Below the pieces are notes generated by a model that saw nothing but the letters and a program-made list of their open reading frames with translations, ran no database searches and was not told the DNA's origin. The position numbers were made by a program, and so were the translations under genes. From the sequence record NC_073321.1: a stretch of DNA of 43,372 nucleotides; one strand, written 5' to 3'. This stretch comes from Escherichia phage ZCEC5. This document shows, in pieces, positions 42,866 to 43,372 of this stretch (the stretch's first letter is position 1; every line of letters begins with the position of its first letter).

Positions 42866-43372
42866 TGGGCTTACCGCAGATAAACTGCGGGAGGTTTTAC
42901 ACTACAACCCTGACACCGGAGTTTTTACATGGAAATCTACACGCGTGCACAATGCTCGGGTGGGGAGTGAGGCTGGGGCCAACCATGGCGCAGGCTATCG
43001 CTCCATAGCCCTCGGCGGGAAGCGGTACTTGGCGCATCGTCTCGCCTGGCTATACATGACAGGGGAGTGGCCCAACTCCCTGATAGACCACATAAACGGC
43101 GATGGACGTGATAATAGATTCTGTAATTTACGTGAAGCCAACAAATCCGAAAACGGATGCAACAAAGGGCCAAGAAAGGACAGCAAATCTGGTATTAAGA
43201 ACGTTATGTGGCAGAAGCAACAAGGAGGATGGTACGTTCAATTAAAAATACATAAGATTAAGTATTTTTACGGATACTTTGCGGACCTAGAACTAGCCGC
43301 GCTAGTTGCCGAAGAAGCTAGAGAGAAGATACACGGGGTTTTTGCGAACCATAAATTACGGGAAGGTGCTTT
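42843..43372 (+). CDS. HNH-AP2 homing endonuclease (3' end runs off the window)
   Basis: GTG start with RBS GGAGGA; DHINGDGRDNRFCNLR HNH motif; AP2-like segment; no stop before window end. Confidence 0.7.
   Translation, partial: MSRNISDNGLTADKLREVLHYNPDTGVFTWKSTRVHNARVGSEAGANHGAGYRSIALGGKRYLAHRLAWLYMTGEWPNSLIDHINGDGRDNRFCNLREANKSENGCNKGPRKDSKSGIKNVMWQKQQGGWYVQLKIHKIKYFYGYFADLELAALVAEEAREKIHGVFANHKLREGA

Noticed and set aside
1-43372. CRISPR array, integrase, att sites or transposase
   Set aside because: No spaced direct-repeat array, no tyrosine or serine recombinase motifs and no transposase-like ORF were seen; only short regulatory repeats.

Overview
The window reads as a complete or near-complete genome of a virulent, siphovirus-like tailed phage of an enterobacterial host: there is no integrase, no CI-like repressor and no tRNA or CRISPR array. 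Annotation is by reading the translated ORFs for motifs; no database search was run. Layout: (1) 1-2900 + strand, endolysin followed by a promoter and about 15 tightly coupled small early genes; (2) 3026-26047 + strand, packaging, head, tail and tailspike genes, interrupted by a spanin pair (8691-9186) and two opposite-strand accessory islands (8092-8316; 15139-16910); (3) 26073-39077 - strand, replication/early module (SNF2 helicase, C5-cytosine methyltransferase, VRR-NUC, family A DNA polymerase, DUF2815, DUF2800 nuclease, primase-helicase) with two free-standing HNH-AP2 endonucleases; (4) 39572-43372 + strand, accessory genes, a holin pair and a third HNH-AP2 gene that runs off the window end and would close in frame onto the endolysin start if the sequence is circular. 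The most interesting candidates are the accessory island at 15.1-17.0 kb (superinfection-immunity-like protein plus an HTH-fused Mre11/SbcD-like metallophosphoesterase), a 14-bp palindrome AATAG-N4-CTATT embedded in at least eight promoters beside a Cro-like regulator, and a promoter/leader/terminator unit upstream of the spanin-capsid operon.
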